From Lama guanicoe (Eukaryota), in NCBI GenBank assembly GCA_013239625.1, contig MU056050.1, positions 1,784,084 through 1,848,083 on the forward strand: a DNA stretch of 64,000 bases, read 5' to 3'. The notes beneath the pieces were generated by a model. That model worked only from the letters and a program-made list of their open reading frames with translations, was not told the DNA's origin and searched no databases. The position numbers were made by a program, and so were the translations under genes. Shown piece after piece: positions 34,676-48,530 of the stretch; positions within the stretch are counted from its first letter, which is position 1, and each line of letters starts with the position of its first letter.

Positions 34676-37600
34676 TGTGTGTGTGTGCACGCAGGTTTTA
34701 GCAGAACTGAGCTTTAGATAATCTGAACCTCCGTGATCTCTGCAATCCTTCTCATTGAGGAAACCCAGGGAGCCCCGTGTGCAGTCTGGGTGGGTAGACT
34801 TTAGAAGCCTATCTGAGCTCCAGAATCCACCAGTGAGTGGCCTGGTTAGGGGACTGAATCTAGAAAACTTTACCTCACTATTAGCAGCCTATACACAGCA
34901 AGTAAGTCAGCAACATCATTTGATAATTTAGAGAAGCCATCAGTTGATATAATCTTAGGATTCCAAGGGCCTAGCTCATGGAGGCCTTAGGCAAATGTGT
35001 TAACAATGTCTGTATAAAGCACAGTGGGTAGACTGTCATCATGGGCTTACCATCATTAATTCACCCATCAAATTTAAAGTGATACCATTATGGTAAACAT
35101 TAATAATTCCCAGCATAATAACAGTGATAACAGCAGGTAGTTTTTCAAAACTATTACCTATGTTGCAATAACACATCCTGAATGTTGCACTTAAAGTAGT
35201 CTCTTGAGTAGAGATGGAAGTGGAAATATTTTGATAATAACAGTTTATAGTAATAATAGTTTAAAGCTCTAGCTTGAAGTTGGCTCTGTGTGTCTTTTCT
35301 TTTTTGAGTCTCTGGGTAACATCATTTATGGGATCTCATTTTTCAGAAGTACTGGCATGAGCTGATCTCTTAATAATGCTAGTCATAGAGTAGCTATAGT
35401 CCATGAAGTTTCTAAAAATCATAGCACCCCAGAAATGTCATTGGTCTCAAATACCAAACAAAATGTATGGAAATGTCTTACTTGTTAAAAGGCTCTCCTC
35501 TATACCAATGGACCATTTAGGAATGGACAATTTAGAAAACTACTGAGGTTCAGTGGATAAAAATAATGCATTTGGAGTCTGCCAGAGCTGGGTTTGAAAC
35601 CTTGGCTTGGCCACTTCTGTTTGGCAAGTCACTTAATACTCCTTGTCCTAAGCTTCTGGTAAGATGGAGCTAGTAACACTCATCCCATTGGGGGGGTTAT
35701 GGGATATAATATGCATGAAGCTCCTGACACACAAGAAGCACTCACTGCACAGTAGTCAGTATTCTCATTTTGAGTTGGAATATGGTATAAGTAAGTCCAA
35801 AGCTGTGAACTCTGATCTCCATATAGGTCAGTTCATACAGTCATGATTTTATTCAACAATGTCAAGGGCCTCAGTGAGAGATATCCACTGTGTGGTATGA
35901 TAAATGCTATGATAGTGCATACACAGTACAGTAGAGCTTAGAGAAGGTTTCTTGGAGGAGATCGGGCTTAATTTAGAGTACCTATTTCCAGGATGGAGAA
36001 AACGAAAAAAGAGGCTTTTGCCAGAGGAGACACATGAGCAAAGATTAACTGATTTCTCTGTTGTAGTAGACTAGAGTCCCAGTCCCACCTAATGTCTTGT
36101 GAGTCCCTTAGACAGAGAGCAAAGAGCTGGATTGGGGGACCCCATCCTGTTCCTGGGAGAATAACTTAGGCTGTTCACCCTTCTGATAGACTGGGGAGCT
36201 TGGGGCACTATCTTTATGTAACCAGGATAGCAAATTATTCACGTAGGGTTCTCAAAGACCTTCAAGATACCAATAAACCTAGCCCTTAATGGGAACAAAA
36301 ACACAAAGCCACTTCATCCAGACTTAGTTTACTAACATTTTCAACTTATTAAAGATGAGCTCTGAGAGATTTTAAGATACATGGAGATTTGGGCTGCCTG
36401 GGAAAACTACTATATGGGTAGTATAATCTTTGTTAGCTGGTGTTTAGATCAAAGAGCTTTTCAACTTATGTGCAGGGGTTATGGGTGTGCTGAGATACTG
36501 ACCATCTCCAACACTCAGCAGACCAGGAGGGGCCTGGGGTGGTCAGAGCCCTCGACTTTTCAACTCTGGCAGTGAGAAATCCTTTCCTTTTACTCCATAT
36601 GCAAATAACATCATTCTGTTTGGCATGATAAGAAAACAATTGAGAAACATTGTTATGGGATCCTTGTCTAAAGGAACTTCTTGAAAGAAATGCCAGCTGA
36701 ATTATATTGACGCTTAGAGGTAAGGTCATCATCGTTATCATTACCAGTAGTATTTCTATTATTAAAACAAAAGGATTCTCTATTCTGACAGTCACTTGGC
36801 TTCTCCCAAATATCTGTCTGCTCCTAGTGTAGTATGATGACCAGGATGAATGTCATGAGATTATGATTTATTAGATAGAGAAGACGATCAGTCTTAATCA
36901 TAAATCATTGTGACTGTAACTAATTCGTGACACCATCACCCATAAAATAAGCATTCGTTTAAAGTGGGTATTCATCTGTCACCATATGAAGAAACTTTAA
37001 GTAAGTCTGTGCATATGCATATATGTGCATCATGGAGAAGCCTCTCTTTATACAAGAGCAAATATTCTGTCTGGAAAAAGAATGATGGAAACAGAGGCAA
37101 GAAATCATGAAATTCCTTTCCACTGCCCTTTCTTTTCTACTTAAAACAAAGCAAAAACCAACCAGTCGACTTTTTTTCAACCTATCACAGTTTGGGGTTT
37201 TCCTCCCAAAACCATATTTCGGGGGCCATTAGGGGAATGGTTCAGCCTGGCCAAGTTACTCTGGATTTGCAGCTCTGCTGTCAGTCCAGGGCAGACTCCC
37301 AGCAGAAGCCTCCTAATTGGCTGTCAGTGAGTCACTTTGATGCACAGCCTTTTCTTTAAAACCTTTTCCACTCCAGTAACACGGCCTCTCTACAAGAGCC
37401 CCAAAACACATTGAAAGTGTAGGTGTGGGAGTGGGAGTAGGAGGGTTGGAAACCACACTGAACTTGTGCTTCGACAGTTGTGAATAATCTCAAAATGCTT
37501 TCACTGTAAACGTGCTTAAGTCATGTTTAGCCCATCAAAACAGTTTGACAAGTTTCTGTTTGGCTCTGGTCTCGGCTACTGTGTTCATGACCTGATTAGC

Positions 37601-40600
37601 TAGTGCCTGGAAGGGATTGACAAGAATGGCAAATCCACCGAGACAGCTCTTTGCAAAGGGGATTTATGGTTGCATAATGCAGTAACTAACCCTAAGCACC
37701 CACAAGCTGTTACCCAGAACACAACTTTTTCAGAGCCAAGGAAAGCAGAAGAATGAAATCAAACATTTTCTGCATGTAAACGTGTCCACCCTCCAAACAC
37801 ATTTGCTTGCTTTTGAGTATGAGTTTATTCTTGCCAACTGGAATTTGGAGCTGAATTTGAATCTTGGCCCTGTTACTGAACAGCTGTGTGACTGAATAAG
37901 ATACTTAACCTCTCTGAGTCTCATGTTCTTATGTGTAAAAATCTAACCATTGACTCCCACCTCCCAGGATTACTGTTTACATGTGAAAACAGCAAGTGCC
38001 TGGTTCATAGTCAGCAATCAATACGTGTTAATTTCCTTCCTTTCTTGACTAAAATGTTTGAATTAGGATTTGTTCCCATCACTAGCACAAGACATACAAT
38101 GCAGAGAAGGTGCTTGAGGCCCAAATTGCACGTCCTATGCAGTATGCCAAAATGATTTCCCAAATCTTAAAAGTGCTGTCTACCAACTAGCCAACGCCAG
38201 TTTTCCCAGCAGGATATGATCTGCCACCACATTCGTTATCCACAGAAGTTACCTCTAGGACTTAATATTCTTTTTGGCCGCTCTTGGGCATTGATCTCTG
38301 AAGATGAGATATCTGAGCAGAATTATTTTAACACTATCTCTGCACATGCAGCACTTAGCCTTCTTAAAGGTCTTCCCTCTGCTGCTACTGACTAACTGAC
38401 CCTCTGGCACATGAGTGCTGACAAATACCCTGCTCTTGGAATATCTTAGACTTTCAAATCAGATTGCCTGGAGAGATGGAGTGCTGAGAAAGGAAATAGG
38501 GTATGACAGAAAAGTAAATTGAGCCCAAATTTTCTCATTATTAGGATTATTATTTTTAAGGTTGAAATGCTGATAAACCCTGAGACTGGGTTGAGCTCCT
38601 CTTTCGCCTCCCAGCCCTGCTTCTGTTTATCTTATCAAAGCATTTACCTTACTGTAGTGTTGTTAACCTCCGAGATCCTTTGGGTCAGGAACTATGTCTT
38701 GAACTTTGTCACAAATGCAGCAATTTACATAACGTCTAGCACATGATAGGTGTTCAGCTAATATTTGTTAAATGAGAGCATAAATGAATTAAAGAATGAA
38801 TGTTGGCAAAACAATTTCTAAATGCTTTCAGCAAGACCTTCAAGAGCTTCATAGCCTCATCCTCCACTTCTCAATCCTTTGCTCGAAGTACAGAATCAAA
38901 TATAGGGAAATAAAGCTTTCTTCTCCCTGAGAAAAATGATGACAAGAGTCCTCATACGCCAACTGTGTTTATTGACCCCCTGACTAAATACACAGCCCAT
39001 TATTTAACACCAGGAAAAAGAGAAAAGAAATAACTGAAAGCCATCCCCTTGGCACTCCTCACTGTGTGTTATGTGACCTTTATGGCCTCCGCCTCACTGT
39101 TCCTCAGCCTGAACATGTATGGCAAAGGTGCTGTTCCTCTCTAGGTCTGGTTTGCAATGCCAAGCCCCCTAAGAGCGATTCTCCCCAGATACAGAGCCTA
39201 CAAATCTGCAGTTGAATGGCAGTATCTTGGATCTAACAGCAGAGGTCCAATAGGAAGGCCATCCCCACAGGGCTCTTGAGAACGTTAAATGAGATGTTGT
39301 ATACAAGGTACCCAGCACAGTGCCTGGTGCATGGTAAGTGCTTGACACATGTGAGGAGCTAGCCAATTTCCTGCTCCTCTGGATGAGAGGGCATGAAGTG
39401 GTCTTAACCCTTCAGCTCACTCTTCAGTTCACCTTCAAAGAAAGATCCAAACACAGTCACATTCCACACTTCTTTCTACATGATTCTTTTCTGTTATTAT
39501 TCCAATCCAAAAAAGGTTACTGGACAAACCACAACTGTGTAAAAACGTCAGTTTATCCACTTGTATCCAGCCCCTCTCCAGGGTCCTTCTTTTTTTAAGC
39601 AATGATTTATTTTCTTTTGAAGAGTTCACTGTCCTTCCTACCAGAGATTCTGCAGTCTTCAACAATGTATCACAATTTTACCTGTTTTAAAAGGAGCAAG
39701 AATTCCATTCCATTCCATTCTTTTTCTTAAGATTGTTTAAAATTGTATTGAAACAAAACACCTAATTTTAACAAAGCTCTATGCAGTCATTGTTTCCTTG
39801 TATACCATGTGCTTGTTCCTTCTACCCAAACGCACTCCACCTGAATTCATAATGAAGTTGTCTCTGCCAATACCAGCCCACACTTATTTTCCCTTCTCTT
39901 GGCCTCGGCTGGTACTTGCTATACAATTCCCACAATTTAGCCCTTGATACCAATTTCATAGTTTCTTGGAGATGTCTGGACTTTCCTCAGGTTAGGTGTC
40001 CATTTTTCTTCTACTTCTTTTGAATTTCTGCTCATATATTGCCTTAAGATAGTTCTTGGCACCAACTAGGGGCTTATTACACCCTGTTGAATGAACACAT
40101 GATCTTTAGGTTGAGGAATGATCCCTGAAGTGGGTGGGACTCAGATAAGGATTGCTCCATTCTCATTATAGTCTATCCCCTGCTGTAGCTGCCTCCCTCA
40201 CATCTGGTGACTTTGAGCCCAAGGAAACCCCCTCAGTGTTGTTCCGCCAGGCCTGTGCAGAGCTGGGAAGATATGGCTCTCTTAGGTGATTTTCTTTCCA
40301 ATATGGAAGTTCAGAAAGAAAGCCAACAAAACAGAAGCTCTATCCCTCTGGGTTTTCTTGTTCTCCTGACTGCAAAGGACAGACTTTCATCAGCTAAGTA
40401 CTATCTAATATAACCAGCACCTAGCAACATGAAAGTAGGAAAATTTGCTGCCTTAATGGGGAAAAAAGGCCTTTTTATTTAGCCTGGAAAAACAACTTAG
40501 TAGCCAATGAAATACATTTGTACCATAAAGGGAAACAAGTATGTCTATACTAAATGGAGAAAGAAAAAAAATCACTTTAGAGATTAGAAAGCACCATTCA

Positions 40601-43019
40601 CAATTAGGCCAGTGCTGGATACCATTTCCTATTCAAACTAAGCGGAGGGGACTATTTGACAAGGGCATTTGTCTCTCCCTGTGTGATGCTCTACTATAAG
40701 AGCTTACTAAAGAATGGAGAATGCCACAATCAAGTGCCTCCTAGTTGACAGACACTGTTCTAGAAGTTTCTGGGGAAATCTGATGCTGTGTTGGAGCTAT
40801 CCAAAGATGAAAGTAAGGCAAGGAGCTCTAAGGACTTTTGAAAACTGCTTAGTGAAGAAGGGGTAGAAGGAAATAAAACAGCATACCTTATCTCATTTAA
40901 AATTCCAACAACTCGTGACGTAGGTACTATTATTACCTCCATTTTAGAGATGAGGAAACTAAAGTCATGATAATCAAGGATGAATAGAAACATAAGAAAT
41001 TTTTATATTATTTAAGTTGCCCTATTCATTTTATAAATGCACAAAGTAAGAATTACAGAGGGAAGGTGTTTTTAATAAAGTCACACAGCTGCTAAGTAGC
41101 AGGGTCAAGACTTGAACCCTTCTGATTCTCAATCTGGTGGTCTACTCGCTATTTTAAGCTTCCTTCCTCTCCAAGTCCAATCTTTCCACCTTACATATGT
41201 CCCTTTACTCCTATCTCCAATTTGTCTGCAGAATGTGATTTAATATTTATATCTTGGATTTATCCATTTTTTTCAGATAGTATATACTGAGTATTAGGAC
41301 TGTTCTAGGCACTGGGCCCTAGAATAGACAATAAAACACACAAGACAAAATTCTAATTCTGTAGCATTTACAGTCTAGCATGCAACACAACATTAAAGAA
41401 ACTATCATCAAACAGATAACTACCAACTATGACTGCAATTAAGGAGCACTACAGAGTATAGAAGTGTATAACGGGGGAATATTTTGATTTGGATGGGGTG
41501 TGTTCAGGAAGGGCCTTTCAGAAGAAATGACTACTAGAGACCAGAAATATAAGTAGGACTTGGTCAATCAGAGTCCAGTATTATCACTCTGGGGACTAAT
41601 GTGTTTAATGGTTTTATTCATTCAATAAAATTTAGTGTTTATCCACTTAAATATATGGCAGAAGTCATTTCATTTTCAATCATCTAGTATAGAATCATGA
41701 GCAATCAGATACTTCAGAAAAGTATTCTGATGGTAATTATGGAAAAAGAGTCAAAATCAGTCTAAAAGAGCATAGGTGATTACTCAAACATTGATTAGTT
41801 AGCTTCACCTAAAGATTTGTTGCCAGAAAGTTTACAAACTGCCTTTAAAGTAAGAACATGACTTGAACAAAGGCACTAAAATGCCCCTTCACAAATCCCA
41901 ACTGAAATGATTAAACAAGTCTGCTTAATAGGATTATCAATCATTTTAGTACCCTTACCATGTATTTCTGCCAATTGTATCACAGTGCTAATCTAAATTT
42001 GTAGCTGTTAGCCGCTCCAGTTAGAGGTAGGATAAGATCATTAAAACAGCACACAACTAGACAGAGAATGCAAGAAGAATTTACCCATATGTTTGAAGGA
42101 CACATATCAAGCAGAGATAAATCCTCCTCATTCAAAAATGAATTAAATGGACTTGAAACCAATACAGGGTCAGTGAAATTCTGCTGCAGCACAAAAAGGA
42201 AGGGGGAAAAAGTGAAGCAAGTGGTGTAAGAGGAGCACACTTTTGAAAAAGATTTACTATAGGAGACAGAAGTTAATTTAAAATAGTATCTGCTTTGTAC
42301 AGGGTATAATTCAAGGAAATTTAAACTCAAATCTTATTGCAGATTTATTAAAAGTCAAAACAATTAGATTTAAAAAGGAAATTGGCTCAGCCAAAGAATG
42401 TAAGGAAGCAGATAATCCTATAAAAGATTTTAATAGTATTATAAGATTTTACTTTGGCATTTAGTAATGAATCTACTCTTGAACATTATTTTATGTTACT
42501 TCCATAGACCTATGCAAACAAACAAACAAACAAAAAAACCCTAAAACTAAATAGACATACTTTCCTGACTAGCAAGAAAATATGTAACTGTATAACCAGT
42601 TGGGCAAATGGTAACAATATTGTGAGATCATCATCAGTGGGTTAACTATTATTAGGTTGACAAACAATTTTAATTTCTTTTGACAAACATACTAAAACAA
42701 TCATTATTATTAAGATTGTCCTAAGGTTATAGGTTATATTTTGTAGGTGATAATACCGATCTTTTAAAGGTAAAATATTTCAAGAGAGTTTTGCACAAAT
42801 AGACTAGTCAAGAATTCAATTTTATGATGACAAGATACAGGTTAAATACTGACTTAACTTTAAAATGGCCCTTTATCCACCCAGCTAATGTCTTTTTTTA
42901 ATTTGTACCTGATTTGTAAATATTATTTAGCTAGTCCTTATCTTCACAACAAAAAATATGCAGTTCAATTCTTCACATTCTTAAAAACTCTTGCCACAAT
43001 TTCATAGAAAAATAGGAAA

Positions 43020-44760
43020 GAGATATAAGACAGTTCACACACAAAAATGCAAATACTCCTTAAACATTTGAAACCTAACAAAATACAAATTAAACCCATA
43101 TTGTGATACCACTTTTTGACCCATTAAATTGGGAAAAGTCCAAAAGTTTAGTAATCTCTCTGTGTTGGTGGGACTATGGGACATCAGGAACTCTCATAGA
43201 GGGCTAATGGGGCTGCAAAAATGATATACCTCTTATAGAGGGAAATTTGGCAAGATTTTGTTAATTACACATGCATTTACCCTTTGACCCAGCAACCCCA
43301 CCGCTAGGGGCTATCCCAAAGATACATGTCAAAAATATAAAATGATATATATTGAAAGCTATTCAATGCAGGAGTATTTATAATAGCAAAAGACTGGAAA
43401 CACTCCCCAATACATACTAGTAAGGAACTATTTTAATAAACTGGGATATCCACACAATGGAGTACCTTGCAGGTATAAGAAAGAAATGAAGCAAAGCTCC
43501 TCATACTACTATGACATGATCTCAGGAATATATATTTTTTTAAATTACAGGGTACAGAAATGTGTTATATTATGCATTCATATGTGTATATACATGTATA
43601 TACATTCATCTAAGGAAGTGAAAAAAGTTATGAATTATGGATAATTATATTTTTTTATATTTTTAAAAAGAAACAATGGAAGGATAAACCAAAAACTATT
43701 GTTTTTTTAATTATTGTCTATAATAGGGAGAAAGGAAACAGGATGAAAGGGAAAGGGAGAGAAGCTAGACTTTTTTTTAGTGTACCTTGTTTTTGTTATA
43801 ACTTTGGAACAATAAATATTTCACATAACTATAAAATAAAATTGAATTTAAAAAGCAATTTTTCAAAAACAAAAGCAAAATGAAACAATTATTTATCAAA
43901 TTATTGGCATAACTACAAAAATAATTATTTCAAGGGACGTTAAAACACAGTATAAATGGTCCCAACTTACAATGGTTCGACTGATTTTTCAACTTTTTGG
44001 TGGTGCAAAAGCAATACGCATTCATTAGAAACAGTACTTCACATTTTGAATCTGGATCTTTTCCCAGGCTAGCAATATGCAGTATGATTCTCTCTCGTGA
44101 TGCTGGGTAGCGCAGCAAGCTGCAGCTCCCAGTCAGCCATGTGATCACGAGGGGAAACAACTGATACATTTACAATCCTTCTGTACCCATACAATCACTC
44201 TGTTTTTCACTTTCAGTAAAGTTCTCCATCAATTACATGAGATATTCAACACTATTATAAAATAGACTTTGTGCTAGATGATTTTGCCCAACTATAAGCT
44301 AATGCAAATGTTCTGAGAACATTAAAGGTAGGCTAAGCTAAGCTATGATGTTCAGTGGGTTAGATGTATCAAATACATTTTTGGTTTATGATATATTTTC
44401 AACTTACAATGGGTTTATTAGGATGTAAGTAACACCATCATAAGTCAAGGAAGATCTATAGTTTGACTATACATCTCTAGTGGGATGCACTCTAAGGACA
44501 AAATTTTTAAAAATCTGCAGAGGATTCTCAAATTGTTTTCAGCAATCATTTTGTTAGTAATAATCTATATTATCGTCTTCAAAGTATATATACCAAAGAA
44601 GCAATTATAAGTAGTGTGATAAGGACTCAAGATTTTCATATAAGATAAAAAAGAAGCATATAATTAAAAGAAATTAAGGAAAACTCATAAATTTGAATTG
44701 AGAATATGAAAGTAAAATCACGATATATTTTTCTAGCTCTGTTCAACACTAAAAAGTTTT
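43020..44760 (+). mobile_element. Old L1M (ME/MC-type) 3' region, interrupted by a Tigger element
   Basis: 'atgcatttaccctttgacccagcaaccccac', 'tttataatagcaaaagactggaaac', 'atccacacaatggagtacc'. Confidence 0.75.
43953..44458 (-). mobile_element. TcMar-Tigger non-autonomous element (MER47/Tigger5-like)
   Basis: TA dinucleotides flank both ends. Termini are 'aatggtcccaacttacaatgg' / 'ccatcataagtcaaggaagatct', with internal 'aaggtaggctaagctaagctatgatgttc'. Confidence 0.88.
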
Positions 44761-45009
44761 TTAAAAAGATGACTGTTTTGAGTACTGGAGATACAACAGC
44801 AAACAAGATAGGATGGCCCCTGCGACGCCCAAAGCAGAGCTGAGTGAGGAAAGCACACAAGTAAAAATGCACATACAGCTAGGCAGTTCAGCAGGTGGCA
44901 TTCAGTAGGGGTGGATGAGTGCCATGTTAAGCAAAGTAGAGTTTCTTTACAGAGGAGGGTAAATGGAAATGGAAAAAAGAATAAATTAAAGACGCTCTAT
45001 ATAAAGGAC

Positions 45010-46660
45010 AGAAAACATAAAGATAATTAATTGCTATCCCTAAAGAAGAGGTGGAGCAAATGGAAAAGAAGCAATAGGCAAAGATGTAATACTGAGATGG
45101 ACAAAGACCCAAGTCAACAGGTGGAAAGATATCACTAGATACCATACTAAAATGGCTCTCAAGAGACTAATTGCTAAACACATCCAAATGATTTCTTTTT
45201 TACCTCCACAGATAAAAGATTTTGTAAGTACCCAGACAGATTTTTTAAAAGTTGTTTATCTGGAAAGAAAGAAAATCAGCTTTCTTCTCTGCAAAACTGA
45301 AACAATTATGAATAGACCATACTTTTAATATAAGATAGATGTTTAATAACTAAGTAATTCAGAAATATTAAAAGAATAAATAAAAGTGACTCAGGCAAAT
45401 ACAAACAAAATGAAATCAGACTTGTCAATGTTAACATTCAGATGAAAAGAAGAATCCAAAGCAGGAATCACTGAAGAAGACAAGGAAAGTCATTGTTTAC
45501 TGATAATAGTTTCATGACTCAGATCACTCATTTTAAATTTTATCCTTAATGTGTCAAATAATATGAGACTGGATTGAGTAAATAATGATTAAAATATAAA
45601 ATAGGTCTTCTTCTTCTTACTGATAACCAAAAAAATTTTGAAGAGATAAAAAACTATAAGAACCTCTAAGAAGTACAAATTTTTAATGGAAAATACAACA
45701 AAAATCATAAAAAAAGGTACAAATCATTTTACAGGATGAAAAGACCTTGTATTAAAAACATGTTAATTGTTCTCAGATAAGTTAACAATGCAATTTCAAT
45801 CCAAGGCAGAGGAATTTTTTGAAACTCCACAAAATATTTTAGAGTTTACATAAAGGAGAATGCAGGATGAATCTGCACTATTAGACGCTGAAGTATATTA
45901 CAATTTCTGACAATAGAGACAGTAAAGTACTTGAGCAGAAACAGACCTATCAATGGAACAAATTGAAAAGCCCAGGAAAATAAAGCAGTATATTTAAGTA
46001 CTTGTTGTGTAATAACAATGGCATTAAAACACAATTGAGATAGGTTATTTAATTATGGTAATGCCACAATTGGTGACCATTTTATAAAAATATAAAGTTA
46101 TAATTATACATTGCATAATGAAATGAACAGTGATTTCAGGCAAATATCATGGATATCTGCTGTTTGGGTGAGCAGTCCTTTCTAAGTCTAAACACAAAAG
46201 AAGAAACTATATAAAAAAATATGACAGATTTGACCAAGTACAATTTAAAACTTCTGTATATCAAATGGTACCATAAATAAAATTAAAAGGCAAATAATAA
46301 GAACATATTTACAACACAGACCAAAACAATATTAGTATTTTTATATATAATCTAATATATAATGATATCTTAAAAATTAGTGAGATTATTATATACCAGT
46401 ATACATATGGGAAATGGAAATGAATAAACAATTCATAAAACAGAAATCCATTAAACACAAATTAAAACAAGACCAATTTGACAGTTGAAAAGTCTTATCA
46501 CAGTAATTGGAATTATATCCTGTAATTGTGAGTGTTTAGTAAAATAGGTACTTATACAACTATTGATAGGAATATAAATTGCCCACTATTTCTGAAAAGA
46601 AATTTGTTATATATACTCACTCACTCCTTACAAAAATTTTTAAAAATGCAAAAAAATGCA
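45010..46660 (+). mobile_element. Highly decayed old L1M body (continues about 47596-48080)
   Basis: A-rich, with 'caatggaacaaattgaaaagcccagg' and 'aatttaaaacttctgtatatcaaa'. It resumes after the nested L1 with 'ctttgacccaacaat'. Confidence 0.65.
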
Positions 46661-46667
46661 TGTATCT

Positions 46668-47583
46668 ACAAATGGCCAACAGACACATAAAAAGAAGCTA
46701 AACATTGCTAATTATCAGAAAAATGCAAATCAAAACTACAGTGAGGTATCACCTCACACCTGTTAGAATGGCCATCATTAAAATGTCCACAAACAATAAA
46801 TGCTGGAGAGGGTGTGGAGAAGAGGGAACCTTTCTCCATTGTTGGTAGGTATGTAATTTGGTACAGCCAGTATAGAAAACAGGATGGAGGTTTTTTTAAA
46901 AAACTAAAAATAGAGTTACCATATGATCTAGCAATCTCACTCCTGGGCATATATCCAAAGAAAACTTTACTTTGAAAAGATGCATGCACCCCAATGTTCA
47001 TAGCAACACTATTTACAATAGCCAAGATATGTAAGCAACGTAAATGTCCATCAACAGATGAATGAATAAAGAAGTTCTGGTATAGCTGGGGTATGTATAT
47101 ATGTATGTATACACACACACACACAATCACACACAATGAAATATTACTCAACCATAAAAAAGAATGAAATAATGCCATCTGCAGCAACATGGATGCACGT
47201 AGAGATTATCATACTAAGTGAAGTAAGTCAAACAGAGAAAGACAAATATATGATATCACTCATATGTGGAATCTAAAATATGACACACATAAATTTATGT
47301 ACAAAATAGAAACAGACTCACAGACATAGAAAACAAACTTACGGTTACCAAATGGGAAAGTGGGGGAGGGATAAATTAGCAGTTTGCAATTAGCAGACAC
47401 ACAGCTACTATATATAAAATAGATAAACAAGGCCCTACTCTATAGCACAGGAAACTATATTCAATATCTTGAAATAACCTATAATGAAAAAGAATATGAA
47501 AAAGTACATATGTATAACTGAATCATTTTGCTGTATAACAGAAACTAATAAAACATTGTAAATCAACTATACTTCAATTAAAA
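46668..47583 (+). mobile_element. 5'-truncated L1 (ORF2 C-terminus plus 3' UTR)
   Basis: 'aatgcaaatcaaaactacagtgaggtatcacctcacacctgttagaatggcc' through 'aatcaactatacttcaattaaaaa'. Imperfect TSD aaaaatgcatgtatct / aaaaagtatgtatct. Confidence 0.92.
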
Positions 47584-47669
47584 AAGTATGTATCTTTGAC
47601 CCAACAATGCAATCACTAGGAATTTATAAAACTGAAATAATGAGATATTCTTAATTGTTGTGTTATAAT

Positions 47670-47930
47670 AACAGTAATAATGTTCAATATTTATTGAGAG
47701 TTTATAATTAAATGCTAGACACTATGTGAAGCATTTTCTATATATGATCTCTTTTAATGTCCTTGACAACCCAAAAGGTTGTTAATATTTTCAATTCCAC
47801 TTTACAAGTGAAGAATATGGGGATTAGAGAAGTTAAGTGACTTGCCAAGATCACAAAGCCAGTGAGCATCAAATCCAGGATTCAGTCACAGATGGGTGTA
47901 CCTCTACAGCCTGAGCTCTTTCACTATCCC
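47670..47930 (-). mobile_element. MIR SINE
   Basis: 'ccactttacaagtgaagaatatggggattagagaagttaagtgacttgccaagatcaca'. Confidence 0.8.
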
Positions 47931-48109
47931 CCTTTTGTTGTAAATAATAGAGTGGTTAATAAACAATGATATATCCATATGAAAGAATGCCATACAGTCA
48001 TTAAAATCACAGTGTATCATATTTAGTGACAGGAGTATGCTCATAACTTACTAAATGAAAAAATGTTTTGCATTTTAAAGCACATTTCCATATATTTTAA
48101 AGTGTATGC

Positions 48110-48530
48110 CATTTTAAGGGTACAAAGACCAAAAAATGCCTACATCTGTGCCAACGGAGGATAATGGAAAAAGCAGAGTCAGGCGCAAGCTTGCTCTGTC
48201 CACCTTTCTCAATCCTAAGGAGAGGTGTGCGTCTGATGGGATGCAGGCAGTTGAGGTCATGTCCATTTTGAGCAGGCAGCTGATAGCATTGGTGGGGCTT
48301 CCCTGGGATCCCCAGACATACATGTTTCCTGAAAGCAGTCTCCTGACATCCTCTACCAAGATCTTTCCAATGGTTATGAAAGCTTTTCATTCCTTGAATT
48401 ACTATTTCTGTGTACCTCTCTCTACATGTAAAATACCCCAAAAGGCTTCTGCTTTTCTGAATGAACACTGATTGATACAAGATTTAGTACCAGGAGATGG
48501 TGATACAATGCCTGCTAAGAGATGCCAGAG
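48110..48530 (+). mobile_element. Old ERVL/MaLR LTR 3' part plus start of the internal region
   Basis: LTR-type end 'ttctgcttttctgaatgaacactgattgataca' followed directly by 'agatttagtaccaggag', similar to the gattttggtaccaggag start of ERVL/MaLR internal sequences. Confidence 0.5.

Noticed and set aside
46708..47190. 160-aa minus-strand ORF
   Set aside because: Antisense reading of the L1 ORF2 end, a common spurious ORF.
48097..48480. Three overlapping ORFs suggesting a gene
   Set aside because: No recognisable protein, and the region looks LTR-derived.
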